A stretch of DNA of 64,000 nt, taken from a virus. Position numbers and translations under genes: made by a program. Positions 1-10,273 of this stretch are shown in pieces. Position 1 is the first letter of the stretch, and the number at the start of each line of letters is the position of its first letter. The notes beneath the pieces were generated by a model. That model made no database searches and was not told the origin of the DNA. It worked only from the letters and a program-made list of their open reading frames with translations. The stretch is taken from positions 11,326-75,325 of IMG/VR virus record IMGVR_UViG_3300008113_005947. One strand, 5' to 3'.

Positions 1-426
1 AGCTAGGTTCACACTAAGATTCTTGTATATAACATCGTGTGTAGATATATCAAATATCACTGCATAATTATATTCCGTGTCTACACCGTAAGGAAGACTG
101 ATAATCTTATTGTTATATAGATGACAGCTATAATATTTACCTTTACCATAGAAGTTTAACCTAACATATTCTACGGAATCATCATCAGTATTAACGATTA
201 ATATACTATCCTCATTAAATGGTAGAAAGTATATCTTATTGTCAACTACTGTACCTGTAGTCCATTTCTCGTAACTGTTACTGACATTTAACTTAATGCG
301 TGATACAGTATATGTATTAGGATCTAGTTTCAGCATATAATCTAATGATTCGTCCAATCCATAGGGCGGCATATATATCATACCATTATTAGCTAATGTC
401 CCGTAACTAAATGCTTGTGGTGTCAT
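1..426 (-). CDS. Partial (runs off window start) beta-propeller/Kelch-like repeat protein
   Basis: Not in the ORF track; translated by hand from ATG at 426 (MTPQAFSYGTLANNGMIYMPPYG...KIYFLPFN...KIISLPYG). Open to base 1, with a recurring (K/M)I-x-x-P-(Y/F) motif about every 45-50 aa. Confidence 0.65.
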   Translation of the reverse strand, partial: MTPQAFSYGTLANNGMIYMPPYGLDESLDYMLKLDPNTYTVSRIKLNVSNSYEKWTTGTVVDNKIYFLPFNEDSILIVNTDDDSVEYVRLNFYGKGKYYSCHLYNNKIISLPYGVDTEYNYAVIFDISTHDVIYKNLSVNLA

Positions 427-859
427 ACTTTTTGAATCTTTCTCCAAATTGGCTATATAAATCACTATAGAGTTTATCATATGCTTCTACCTTAGGATAT
501 ATCCCTACGTTGTCCCAGTCTATCATAGTTATATTATTATCATTAATTACGATATTACTAAGCACCCAGTCCCCATGCACAAAGGGCAATGTATCTTCTA
601 TTTGTCCAATACAGAATTTATATATGTTATCTATGAATTTATCTGTATGTTCAAAGGTATTTGCAGTCTTACCCTCAACAACTTTATATTCAATATAATT
701 GTAGCCCGACGATATAACATAGTTCGGAACAACAATGTCTAATATTCGTGCATGTTCTTTGACCCACTCAGTAGATTTGTTGTCCCAGACTTTAATATAG
801 CTATGTCCAGTATAATATACTTTACGCTGTTTAATTGTATTCTCTTTAACTAAAATCAT
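407..859 (-). CDS. Small APH/choline-kinase-like phosphotransferase
   Basis: Catalytic-loop motif HGDWVLSN and metal-binding IDWD. Confidence 0.75.
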   Translation of the reverse strand: MILVKENTIKQRKVYYTGHSYIKVWDNKSTEWVKEHARILDIVVPNYVISSGYNYIEYKVVEGKTANTFEHTDKFIDNIYKFCIGQIEDTLPFVHGDWVLSNIVINDNNITMIDWDNVGIYPKVEAYDKLYSDLYSQFGERFKKYDTTSI

Positions 860-1865
860 AATATTGTCCTAACTCCGGAAGATAATCTAATATATTGATA
901 GCACGATTTTTGTCTAGGGTTTTCACACTATTAATAAACATTGTGGTTTCATTAACATACTCTCCCATACTGTAGTTTTTAATATCTTGTCTATGCTTTT
1001 CGTTACTGTTATTCAAGGATAGATATGAAGGGTGAGACAAGATGTTTTCATAAATCTTAATGTTATATCTAGCAAAATAGTCGTTGTACTCATCCATACG
1101 TAATACGTTTAATATCTGTACAGTTGGGCTGACGCTAACGTCAAACCCACAATCAATAGCTATCTCTAGGTTATTGATTATCTCTGAAAACTTGCTACCA
1201 TAACGTATATAATCATTGACGGATCCAACCCCGTCTATGCTATAGCACATGTTTACATAATTAAACTCTTTTAATATGTCTAAAAGTTTCTTATTATATA
1301 ATGTGCCGTTTGTATTAAATCTTAATTTAATATTTCTGTCTAATTTATTGATAAACTTATCTAGGTTCTTGACCATAAAAGGTTCGCCACCGGTTAGATA
1401 TATCTCACGCAATGTAGATATACTTGTGATTTGTTTCACAGCCTCTTCGCTATACCAATTATAATCAGTTGAGTCTATTTCTATCCAGGGGCTAGTCTTT
1501 CCCAAACTCTTATGTTCCTGCATTATGCTACTACTGCTACTAGGATTGCACATATTACACCGTAGATTACATTGGTTGCTGAATCGTATATCTAAATGAC
1601 TTATGCCCGGTCCATAATGTTCAGGTCTTTGTCGCATACTAACTTTACCTAAACTCTCATCTATTCTGCAACTACTACATGCATCGGGAAATATACCCCT
1701 ACTTAATAACTGTTTAGCATTTAATAGTTTAGTACTTTTAGTCCACTGTTCTATAGTATGAGTTTTAATATTAATATCAGTAGACGGCTCCATGCTTTTA
1801 CAACAGAATCTATATTCCCCATTGGTTCTAATGCAAACATGATGGTCCAGGTATTTACAATTCAT
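846..1865 (-). CDS. Radical SAM protein with N-terminal Cys-rich (twitch/SPASM-like) segment
   Basis: CxxxCxxC (CNLRCNMC), GGEP and NTNGT motifs; N-terminal C..CC..CxxC. Confidence 0.9.
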   Translation of the reverse strand: MNCKYLDHHVCIRTNGEYRFCCKSMEPSTDINIKTHTIEQWTKSTKLLNAKQLLSRGIFPDACSSCRIDESLGKVSMRQRPEHYGPGISHLDIRFSNQCNLRCNMCNPSSSSSIMQEHKSLGKTSPWIEIDSTDYNWYSEEAVKQITSISTLREIYLTGGEPFMVKNLDKFINKLDRNIKLRFNTNGTLYNKKLLDILKEFNYVNMCYSIDGVGSVNDYIRYGSKFSEIINNLEIAIDCGFDVSVSPTVQILNVLRMDEYNDYFARYNIKIYENILSHPSYLSLNNSNEKHRQDIKNYSMGEYVNETTMFINSVKTLDKNRAINILDYLPELGQYYDFS

Positions 1866-1869
1866 CAGA

Positions 1870-1877
1870 TATTTATA
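1870..1877 (-). promoter_or_regulatory. T4-type late promoter TATAAATA
   Basis: Exact TATAAATA 4 nt upstream of the radical SAM ATG, in the divergent intergenic gap. Confidence 0.6.
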
Positions 1878-1893
1878 GACTAGACTTTAATCC

Positions 1894-1901
1894 ATTAAAT
1901 A
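1894..1901 (+). promoter_or_regulatory. Late-promoter-like ATTAAATA
   Basis: 5 nt upstream of the ATG at 1907; mirrors the minus-strand motif. Confidence 0.45.
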
Positions 1902-1906
1902 TCATT

Positions 1907-2626
1907 ATGCACTTCCCTCAAGAATTAACAGACTATTTCTCAACACACAGAGAAAATCAATTTAAAGCCAAATACCCAGACTTCTTTGACCCTAAATGGG
2001 TAGTAACAGAAAGTCAATGGCCATGGTTTAGGCTAAGCATATTTGATAATATGCCCTGGAAACAAATGCACGATGAAGCAGAGAAATTAATAGATAAATT
2101 TTATGTACACCGTGACGATTATGGTATGGGCTGGCGCAGTCTTACAATACATGGATTAAATGAGGATACACAAAGTTTAGACAGTTATGGATCTAATCGT
2201 ATTGAAACATTAAAGAAATTAGATTATACATGGGTAGCAGATGAATGTCCTACAGTTAAGAAGTTTTTAACAGAGGTATGGCCTGCTGAGTATCTTAATC
2301 GTGTACGTTTTATGTTATTGGAGCCCGGTGGTTATATATTACCGCATCAGGATAGGCCAGACGACCAGAAAAGATTAAGCGTCTGTAATATCAGTTTAAA
2401 TCACCCGGAAGGATGTGAAATGATTATGAAGAATCAGGGCATAGTTCCTTTTAGTGATAGTGGTAGTGCAATGTTATTAGATATATCTAACGAACATGCA
2501 TATATTAATAACAGCGACAAGCCAAGACTTCATATGATTATTCATTATGAAATTGGAAATAGATTACGTGATTTCTTTTATGTATTGCGTCATAGTTACT
2601 ATACAAATAGGATGAACAATGCGTGA
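1907..2626 (+). CDS. Asp/Asn beta-hydroxylase-like 2OG-Fe(II) oxygenase
   Basis: RVRFMLLEPGGYILPHQD...HAYIN...RLHMI gives the HxD...H triad plus the 2OG-binding Arg. Confidence 0.85.
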   Translation: MHFPQELTDYFSTHRENQFKAKYPDFFDPKWVVTESQWPWFRLSIFDNMPWKQMHDEAEKLIDKFYVHRDDYGMGWRSLTIHGLNEDTQSLDSYGSNRIETLKKLDYTWVADECPTVKKFLTEVWPAEYLNRVRFMLLEPGGYILPHQDRPDDQKRLSVCNISLNHPEGCEMIMKNQGIVPFSDSGSAMLLDISNEHAYINNSDKPRLHMIIHYEIGNRLRDFFYVLRHSYYTNRMNNA

Positions 2627-4106
2627 TTGGAACAGTATAACTTACGACCGTTATCTAAGCGATAACAAACTAGACACTAAAGTGGGTCATGGCATATTAG
2701 ATATAAGCCGTGATATTGATAGTGATTTTGTTAGAAAACGCACGTTTGACATGACCTTTTGGATGGTCAATCAATGTCTTAAAATGGGGCATGGAAGCTA
2801 TCGTGGATTTAATGAAAGCGTAAAAGAATTACTAAATGAGAGTTTAAATAGTGGCGATGAGATATGCATTATTCAATGTCAGGGAATGATGAGTTTAAGA
2901 CTAGCGCATATAGTTACTGAAAGCACAATATATTTTAGAAATAATCCAAATCATTTTGTAATTGGACATATAATGAATCGCAAGGGTAGATATCCTGGGA
3001 TACATCGTCAGTTATTAATTGTTAATTTACGTGTCTGGGAACAATTAGGAAAGCCTGAATATTTAGAGAACGGACATTATTGGGACCGCAAGTTTAGTGG
3101 AGAAGATTTTATTGTAAGTGATAATAAGATATCCAGCGACTATGCGCCTGAGTATATTATACGCAATAGTGTACATAATAAGACTGAATATAGTAGCACA
3201 GAAGATGGAAGTAATTGGGTTGATATTGCACTATCTAATGATATTCCAATACATAATCTAAGTTTAGATATGCGTGAGTGCAAATGCTTTTTATATCCCT
3301 ACGAGGAAACAGATAAGATAGAGCGTGTTTGGAATAATCTACAGAATGAACAATTGGTAGATAGCTTAAGTAACTACTCAACTAGAGCATGGATGCGTAA
3401 GCAAGCATATCAGGAGTTTATTGAAAAGGATCGTGTTTATGCATTTAATACAGAGAGATTAAGTGCTGAGGGTGTACGTAGCCCGGGACCAATTGACAGT
3501 TTATTCTGTGCAGCCGCAGGGTTTAAACCATTAGCATTATTACGTAATAATCAGTTCCACGAGAATACAGTTGTGCATTATTTTGATTGGTGCAACAGCA
3601 GTTTGAATTTTAAAAAGCATTTACTAGAAACATGGGACGGACTTGAGTTTGATAAATGGTTAATTGAGCATGATTTAAAGTATAATTTCAGTAGCACATA
3701 TCGTGGAAATTATAAAGAGTTTTGGGACCTAGAAATATCTAAAGAGTTTCATAGTGTTGAACAGTTTAAAGAACTATGGGATAGATATAGAAAACTAGAA
3801 CATCATTATCATGTTATTGACATTGTTAATGAGCCTGAAAAACTGTTTGACATAGTTAATAAACATGCAGGCAATCGTGTATTATGGACTACAAATATCT
3901 GGGCTAGTCTAGCATTACACTGGAACGTTGAGCCAGAGTTATTAGAAGAAAAATATCTAAACTTTGAGAAATATATACCAGATGATTTAATATTATATGG
4001 ACAAGATTATATGGCACGTGACTTGCGTAGTCGTGTATTTGACGGATTTAAATTGACACATCCTCGTTACAGTACAGAAAATAAATACATTAACATGGGA
4101 ATTTAA
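2619..4106 (+). CDS. Hypothetical two-domain enzyme (possible glycosyltransferase-like N-terminus, SAM/Rossmann-like C-terminus)
   Basis: 495-aa ORF in the operon; CAAAGFKP...VVHYFD resembles Rossmann motifs I/II; assignment weak. Confidence 0.35.
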   Translation: MRDWNSITYDRYLSDNKLDTKVGHGILDISRDIDSDFVRKRTFDMTFWMVNQCLKMGHGSYRGFNESVKELLNESLNSGDEICIIQCQGMMSLRLAHIVTESTIYFRNNPNHFVIGHIMNRKGRYPGIHRQLLIVNLRVWEQLGKPEYLENGHYWDRKFSGEDFIVSDNKISSDYAPEYIIRNSVHNKTEYSSTEDGSNWVDIALSNDIPIHNLSLDMRECKCFLYPYEETDKIERVWNNLQNEQLVDSLSNYSTRAWMRKQAYQEFIEKDRVYAFNTERLSAEGVRSPGPIDSLFCAAAGFKPLALLRNNQFHENTVVHYFDWCNSSLNFKKHLLETWDGLEFDKWLIEHDLKYNFSSTYRGNYKEFWDLEISKEFHSVEQFKELWDRYRKLEHHYHVIDIVNEPEKLFDIVNKHAGNRVLWTTNIWASLALHWNVEPELLEEKYLNFEKYIPDDLILYGQDYMARDLRSRVFDGFKLTHPRYSTENKYINMGI

Positions 4107-4826
4107 ATGAATAGAATAATCAAAAACTACGATGTAATTAGTAACGAGTTCTTATATGAGACTGATGACTGGGATTTAGTTGAATTAAACTATACACTAG
4201 ACATTGATAAACTCACAGACTGGTATAAACAACTAAGCACAGACTTTGAGTATATGCGTTTTATGTTTGATAAGTTCCCAGAAAAACTAGAATTATCTAT
4301 CAGTAAACGAATGGTTGAAGAAGGCTATTGCGGATATTATTGTGGACCTATTGATGGTATTACATTAGCATGGCCAGAAGAAAGATATGAACCTCTTCCC
4401 CCGCCCGCTCAAGCAAACAGTGATATCTTCCCCGAAGTCAAGTATGATACATTTATTGACGATGCTAAAATAATGACTAAATTTCGTGCAGGATATCTAC
4501 AAGAAATGGTAGATATATTGGGTGAGGATAGCTTCCGTCAAGCTATTATTACTACGCATTATCCTGGCATGTATATTCGTCAGCATATTGACAGCAAGGT
4601 ATTGAAACTACATATCCCGGTAGAAACAAATAGTAATGCATTGTTTCATTTTGGGGAGAACAAAGAACGTAGTTATCATATGCAGTTGGGTAAGATTTAT
4701 CTATTGAATACAAATGATTGGCACGGAACTACAAACGAGAGTGACACAAAGCGTAGTCATATAATCACTAGAATTATACCTGAACATGTACAATATGTGC
4801 TTGGATTAAAGAATGAGAATTATTGA
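4107..4826 (+). CDS. Asp/Asn beta-hydroxylase-like 2OG-Fe(II) oxygenase
   Basis: HID...KLHIP...HGTTN...RSHII. Confidence 0.85.
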   Translation: MNRIIKNYDVISNEFLYETDDWDLVELNYTLDIDKLTDWYKQLSTDFEYMRFMFDKFPEKLELSISKRMVEEGYCGYYCGPIDGITLAWPEERYEPLPPPAQANSDIFPEVKYDTFIDDAKIMTKFRAGYLQEMVDILGEDSFRQAIITTHYPGMYIRQHIDSKVLKLHIPVETNSNALFHFGENKERSYHMQLGKIYLLNTNDWHGTTNESDTKRSHIITRIIPEHVQYVLGLKNENY

Positions 4827-5553
4827 GAATTACGATAACATACCATTAGAAAAGATAATGGGTGACGAATGGGACCTGATAGTATTAAACAAGAAGGTTG
4901 ATAAAGAAAAACTCTTAGACTGGTACAATACAATAGAATCTACATTAATAGAGAATAAATGCAATTTGCATGTTAATAGAGAACTATTAAAGGGCTATGA
5001 CAAGTATTATACAGGGAAAGAACGTGACTATGAGTATGATACAAATGCAGGGCCATTAAGATATCTAAACAGTTATCAGATAACATGGCCTGTACAGAGA
5101 ACAGGACCGTTGCCCCCGCCCTGGGCATGTAACATTGAATTGTTTCCTGAATTAAAACAATATGTAGATGATAACAACGAGATAAACAAAGACATTGATT
5201 ACGTTAATTGGGTCTATTTAAATCAGTATATATTTGGGGAGTTTAAGAACATATTGGAAGACTTTGGATATAAGTATTTCCGTAATGTTAGAATCGCACA
5301 GCATTTAAATGGTTGCGAATTACCCGTACATACTGATGGATATGTTGTACGTATGCATATACCTATTACTACTGACGATAGTTATTTTTATTGGGGAGAG
5401 AATAAAGAAAGACAATATAAATTATTGCCCGGGAATATCTATATAATCAATACTAAATTACCGCATTCTACTAGCAATCATGGCCCAGTACGTGCTAACA
5501 TTATATTTGATTTAGACCCAGATGATATAATGGAATTTATATGCATAAAATGA
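4813..5553 (+). CDS. Asp/Asn beta-hydroxylase-like 2OG-Fe(II) oxygenase
   Basis: HTD...RMHIP...HSTSN...RANII. Confidence 0.85.
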   Translation: MRIIENYDNIPLEKIMGDEWDLIVLNKKVDKEKLLDWYNTIESTLIENKCNLHVNRELLKGYDKYYTGKERDYEYDTNAGPLRYLNSYQITWPVQRTGPLPPPWACNIELFPELKQYVDDNNEINKDIDYVNWVYLNQYIFGEFKNILEDFGYKYFRNVRIAQHLNGCELPVHTDGYVVRMHIPITTDDSYFYWGENKERQYKLLPGNIYIINTKLPHSTSNHGPVRANIIFDLDPDDIMEFICIK

Positions 5554-6200
5554 AACGATATATTGAACAGCATGAACCTATAGATTTGGGCTTTGTTGTT
5601 AAGAAGTTATTCACAGTAGATGTTGATAGAATACGTAGTTGGTATAGCGATTTAGAACGTGACTACGGTGATTGGAAGTTTATTATTGGAGAGAATCATC
5701 ATGTGTGGGCTGAGCCAATTGTAGACTTAACGGGGACTACAGGGCATATATTACCCGACGATGCATATTATTATACATTATGTTGGAATAGTGACGAGCC
5801 TGGCCCAAAGCCGTTTGAGCAAGGACAAGCTAAACCAGAGTATAAAGATGATGACAATGATGAATTAAATCCTAGAATGTGCTTTAATGGTTATGCATTA
5901 GAGTTGGTTCGTAATATGAACATGCGTAGTAAAAAATGGTTAGTAACTATACATACTCCGGGCACTAAATTAATCACTCACCAGGATGCTACAGATAAGA
6001 TACGTGTGCATATTCCTATATATACTAACACAGACAGTAATTGGATTATTGATGGTGTTGAATATCACATGGAGCCTGGATATGCATATCTAGTTAATAC
6101 TACATTACCCCATAGCGTAGAGAACAAGGGCACAAGTAATCGTATACATTTATACGGGAAAGTATGGACAGAGGATTATATTGATAGTAAAAGTTTATAA
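5541..6200 (+). CDS. Asp/Asn beta-hydroxylase-like 2OG-Fe(II) oxygenase
   Basis: HQD...RVHIP...HSVEN...RIHL. Confidence 0.85.
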   Translation: MHKMKRYIEQHEPIDLGFVVKKLFTVDVDRIRSWYSDLERDYGDWKFIIGENHHVWAEPIVDLTGTTGHILPDDAYYYTLCWNSDEPGPKPFEQGQAKPEYKDDDNDELNPRMCFNGYALELVRNMNMRSKKWLVTIHTPGTKLITHQDATDKIRVHIPIYTNTDSNWIIDGVEYHMEPGYAYLVNTTLPHSVENKGTSNRIHLYGKVWTEDYIDSKSL

Positions 6201-6627
6201 CATGAATCAGTTTCTGAATATGCATTATACTGATAATAATGTAGATTCATTTGAACAAGAATATTTCATATGCGTACATAGCAACGGGTGGGTACATAGT
6301 ATCAGTCACTTTGATATGCCACATAATAACGTACTAGACATTAAATTTGATGATGTTGATAGTGACGGGACCAAACATGTACAGTGGTTTGGGGGAACAA
6401 CAAAGGAAATTACTGTTAAAAAATTGACAGTTGACCAAGCTAAAGAAATTGTAGAATTTATAGATAAAGTACCAAATGACGCAACGTTACATATATATTG
6501 CGCTAAGGGTAAAAGCCGTAGCACTGCAATAGCTAAATTTGTTGAGGAATATAGAAACAACAGTACATTAGATATTAGTCATAACCAGTATGTATATACT
6601 ATGTTGAGGGAAATAGTTCATGTTTGA
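6181..6627 (+). CDS. Cys-based (PTP/dual-specificity) phosphatase
   Basis: CX5R loop HIYCAKGKSRS; upstream FDD acid loop; start codon uncertain. Confidence 0.8.
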   Translation: MIVKVYNMNQFLNMHYTDNNVDSFEQEYFICVHSNGWVHSISHFDMPHNNVLDIKFDDVDSDGTKHVQWFGGTTKEITVKKLTVDQAKEIVEFIDKVPNDATLHIYCAKGKSRSTAIAKFVEEYRNNSTLDISHNQYVYTMLREIVHV

Positions 6628-7846
6628 TTTTACTATTAAAAGATTGGATAATATCAAGTTCAATGTCAATGAATTAATACAGTATTTTAACAAGATAGAA
6701 TCAGATTACCAACATCTATGCTGGCGTGCTAAAGACAGTAATATAGACAGAATGACACACAAGATTGAGGGTGTATATAGTTGGGCGATACAAACTAATC
6801 TTAAGGATATTAATAAACCCTGCCCACCCTATCATATTGAACATAGTGACGAAATATCAGACAATAATAACTTTGATACTCCTACAGAGTTAATCTTTGG
6901 GTTTGGACAAAAGATTATTGATACATTTCCCAGAGTTCGTCAGACTGTTATTAGTTGTCATCCAGCGGATACATTTATTGATACGCATACAGACAATGAC
7001 GAGTTTATTAAGATACATATCCCAATTAAAGCTAATGATAATAGCTATTTTATATTCGGGGAAGAGAAACATAATCTACAAGTAGGACATGCTTATCTAG
7101 TTAATACTACGTTACCTCATAGTACTAACAATTTAGGAGATAGTGACAGATGCCATTTGATATTTAAGATACACCCAGAGGATATAGACAGTATTATACA
7201 TGATGAGTATATACTTGATGACAGATTATTTGATTTTGATATACTAGAATTACCCAATTTTAAATTTGATTTAAATGAATTAAGAGACTATTATAGTATA
7301 GTTACTAAGAGCAATTTAAGATTTGAATTACCTGCTATTGACAAAAACAATGACATTAGAAACTATCCACCCAACTATGAATATAGCGTGGGTATATTTG
7401 GATATGGTATACAGAGTAACTTAGATGATGTAACAAAGCCATTAGAGCCACCGGGTAATTACAAGCAGAAGTCCAAGAACAAAAAGTCAATCAATCGTAC
7501 AGTATTATGTACTGGGTTCGCACAGAAAATACTAGACATATTTCCCTATTGTGAAGAATTAGGTATCACCGGGCATCCAAGTAAAACGCAACTACACCCG
7601 CATGTAGATAAGGACGTACATTTTAGAATACATTTACCCGTGTACACTAACGATAGTGCTGAGTTTAATTATGACAAAACTTATATATTAGAAGCGGGTA
7701 AAGCATATCTAGTGAATACAAAGCGTACTCATAGTACTAATAATAAAGGTGATAGTGACAGAATTCATTTAATGTTTAAAGTACCAATTGGACATGTCAA
7801 TAAAATAATTCACTCAACATATAATCTCTTAAATATTAGTCAATAG
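6620..7846 (+). CDS. Tandem two-domain Asp/Asn beta-hydroxylase-like oxygenase
   Basis: Two complete sets: HTD...HSTNN...RCHL and HVD...HSTNN...RIHL. Confidence 0.85.
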   Translation: MFDFTIKRLDNIKFNVNELIQYFNKIESDYQHLCWRAKDSNIDRMTHKIEGVYSWAIQTNLKDINKPCPPYHIEHSDEISDNNNFDTPTELIFGFGQKIIDTFPRVRQTVISCHPADTFIDTHTDNDEFIKIHIPIKANDNSYFIFGEEKHNLQVGHAYLVNTTLPHSTNNLGDSDRCHLIFKIHPEDIDSIIHDEYILDDRLFDFDILELPNFKFDLNELRDYYSIVTKSNLRFELPAIDKNNDIRNYPPNYEYSVGIFGYGIQSNLDDVTKPLEPPGNYKQKSKNKKSINRTVLCTGFAQKILDIFPYCEELGITGHPSKTQLHPHVDKDVHFRIHLPVYTNDSAEFNYDKTYILEAGKAYLVNTKRTHSTNNKGDSDRIHLMFKVPIGHVNKIIHSTYNLLNISQ

Positions 7847-7854
7847 GAGATTAC

Positions 7855-8298
7855 ATGGATACTACATTAAGAACATTTGTAAAGACATTAAGCTATAGAA
7901 TTACAGCCGCATTAACTGTTTTTATTCTAAGTATTGTGTTAAGTTATGGAGCAGGGTTTGGACTTAAATTTTTAATTATTACATTAACGTTTGGGTTCGT
8001 ATTATTTTTCATCCACGAACGTGTATGGAATTTAGTTAAATGGGCTAAGGATGGTATTTATGATACCAAAAGACGTAGTATTGCTAAAACAGTTACGTGG
8101 AGAATTATGAGTTTCATTGCACTGTTTATTGTGGGTATGACACTAGGACTTAGTAGCAACGATGCATTTTGGTGGACTATTATTAACAACATATCATTTG
8201 TGTTAATACATTATCTACATGAACGTGTATGGAATAAGATTACTTGGGGCAAGACTGAACATACAGTTGTCGTTGGCGATAGTATTCTGCAACATTAA
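7855..8298 (+). CDS. DUF2061-like membrane protein (two tandem repeats)
   Basis: Two copies of R-xx-x-KT-xx-(Y/W)RI...HERVWN with hydrophobic helices; AGGAG RBS. Confidence 0.7.
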   Translation: MDTTLRTFVKTLSYRITAALTVFILSIVLSYGAGFGLKFLIITLTFGFVLFFIHERVWNLVKWAKDGIYDTKRRSIAKTVTWRIMSFIALFIVGMTLGLSSNDAFWWTIINNISFVLIHYLHERVWNKITWGKTEHTVVVGDSILQH

Positions 8299-8821
8299 CA
8301 CGCCATACATTTTGTCTTGTATTATATAAGACAGTATCAGAGAGGTATATATCCCATATACCTCTTTTTGCTATATGGGGCATAAGAATCTTATCCATGC
8401 GACTACTGTGTCCATTGTTACTATCTATAATATTTGATGTAATATAAAACTCACTATCAGGCTCTATACTTAATACTAGATTTAATTGTAGATATAACAA
8501 CTCTCTAAAGTGTATGATTAATTCATACGGGTTAGTACTAAACTTAGGAGTGTAACCAGGAAGTTGCGCCCCTCTAAACAAACAGCGCCATGCCTTATCG
8601 TTTATCTCGGGCATTCTATGTACGCCCGCAATTGTGAAAATTTTATCGTTGTCTAGTCCGACAAAAAATTGACCATAGGGCATGGTCATTTTGTCTAGTT
8701 TAATGGATTCAAAACTAACGTTATTGTGATAGTTTAATTCACTACACGTATCACAAAATACCTTAAGTCTATCTATATCACTATCAAATAGTTCCCGGTA
8801 TAGTCTTCCAGGTTGTTCCAT
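8240..8821 (-). CDS. Hypothetical protein, possible GNAT-fold acyltransferase
   Basis: Strand pattern FFVGLDNDKIFTIAGV...WRCLFRGAQLP resembles GNAT beta2-beta4; overlaps the AMP-binding gene. Confidence 0.4.
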   Translation of the reverse strand: MEQPGRLYRELFDSDIDRLKVFCDTCSELNYHNNVSFESIKLDKMTMPYGQFFVGLDNDKIFTIAGVHRMPEINDKAWRCLFRGAQLPGYTPKFSTNPYELIIHFRELLYLQLNLVLSIEPDSEFYITSNIIDSNNGHSSRMDKILMPHIAKRGIWDIYLSDTVLYNTRQNVWRVNVAEYYRQRQLYVQSCPK

Positions 8822-9443
8822 TTGCTTGTGTCTTTCTTTTTAAGAATGTATGATTCTCTACGTCAAATATATCCCCTGTATAGAAGTCATTAATGACACA
8901 CTCACCCTCTTCGGTGAATCGTATATTATATCCTTCACGGGGTACAAAATCAAAGATACCGTTGTTATGCGCTACAAATACAGGGGGTGGATTTTCAGTA
9001 CTACCATACCAATTTGCTACAGTTTTTACCCCACGCTTTCTTAAATCGTCAATCATTTCTTGTGGTACATTTTGACTACCCATCATCATATAACGTACAC
9101 AACTTAAGTCAGTATTATGCCATTCTTTTGTTCCGTTCAGTACATTAACATGATTTGGTATCAATGCAATAATAGTAGGTCTATATTTGTTAAACAGTTT
9201 AGTATATACATATGGATCAAAATTTGATGTGATAAGTTTGGCACCGGACAATTGTGCAGGTAGTGCAGTTATAGTATAATGTGCAATCACATTAGGCGGA
9301 AATATATCTAATACAACATCATCCTTAGTCATATTACATTCACGTATGCTACGTTTAGCACATTGATAAATGTATTCCCAATTGTGATTTATTTCCTTAG
9401 GTTCTTTAGTGCTACCTGAGGTAAAAAGTATTAGACTGCTCAT
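8784..9443 (-). CDS. Minimal AMP-binding (adenylate-forming) enzyme
   Basis: ANL motifs LFTSGSTKEPK, YGSTE and YTGD in only 219 aa. Confidence 0.8.
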   Translation of the reverse strand: MSSLILFTSGSTKEPKEINHNWEYIYQCAKRSIRECNMTKDDVVLDIFPPNVIAHYTITALPAQLSGAKLITSNFDPYVYTKLFNKYRPTIIALIPNHVNVLNGTKEWHNTDLSCVRYMMMGSQNVPQEMIDDLRKRGVKTVANWYGSTENPPPVFVAHNNGIFDFVPREGYNIRFTEEGECVINDFYTGDIFDVENHTFLKRKTQANGTTWKTIPGTI

Positions 9444-10273
9444 AGTGATTTTAATATCATGTTGTGTGCGATGTTGTGTATACCAATGCCTGGATGACCT
9501 GTATACGTACTATCTAACAATCTAATATCACGGGCATAACAGAAATTAATATCGTCACTATTGGTATCAACGTCAATTACATTAGGGACATTCTGTTTTG
9601 CAAAACTATCATCCTTCTCAAAACTAACTTCAACTAGTTTTATACCCAATCGTTTACAAGTAGATTGTATCATATGTTGATAGATATTTGCCTCTTGATA
9701 ATAGAAGTCAGCATCACGCATCTTATTATACAGTTCTATTTGGTTATTGTAAACATCATCGGGTAGATGTTTTCCATAGCATAGTACAAACTTGTCTTTA
9801 ATATAGAATGTATATCCTGTACAGGGAGCATACTCCATTATTAATATTTTGGGTAGTTTGTATCCACAGTTAATTAAATTAAAAAAGTTAATTGCTTGAG
9901 TTTTACAACTGTATGTTGCGCCCGAGCAATTAACATAATCTAGGTTAAGTTCTTTAGATAGAGTATTACTGAATCTATCATCTTCATGTAAACCTATACC
10001 CAATGAGTAACTTGTGCCGCTAAAGAATATATAGTTATCATCTACGTCAGCTAGGTTCTTTTTCATTCGTAACCCATCACTATTAAAGTTATAGATTATT
10101 TCTTTATTAGAATAAACCCAATCTGTTCTATTCTTTAAGTTACGTTCAAATAATTGTTCGCTATCAGTACCATAAAAGTTTGATACTATATTAGGAACCA
10201 TAGACTCATGTCTATAGGGGAATGAGTCTAATGGAAGTTCTGTTACAGTGTTTAATACAACTTTGGTTTTCAT
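9440..10273 (-). CDS. SGNH-hydrolase-like protein
   Basis: FSGTSYSLG (block I-like) and C-terminal GHPG (block V-like). Confidence 0.5.
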   Translation of the reverse strand: MKTKVVLNTVTELPLDSFPYRHESMVPNIVSNFYGTDSEQLFERNLKNRTDWVYSNKEIIYNFNSDGLRMKKNLADVDDNYIFFSGTSYSLGIGLHEDDRFSNTLSKELNLDYVNCSGATYSCKTQAINFFNLINCGYKLPKILIMEYAPCTGYTFYIKDKFVLCYGKHLPDDVYNNQIELYNKMRDADFYYQEANIYQHMIQSTCKRLGIKLVEVSFEKDDSFAKQNVPNVIDVDTNSDDINFCYARDIRLLDSTYTGHPGIGIHNIAHNMILKSL

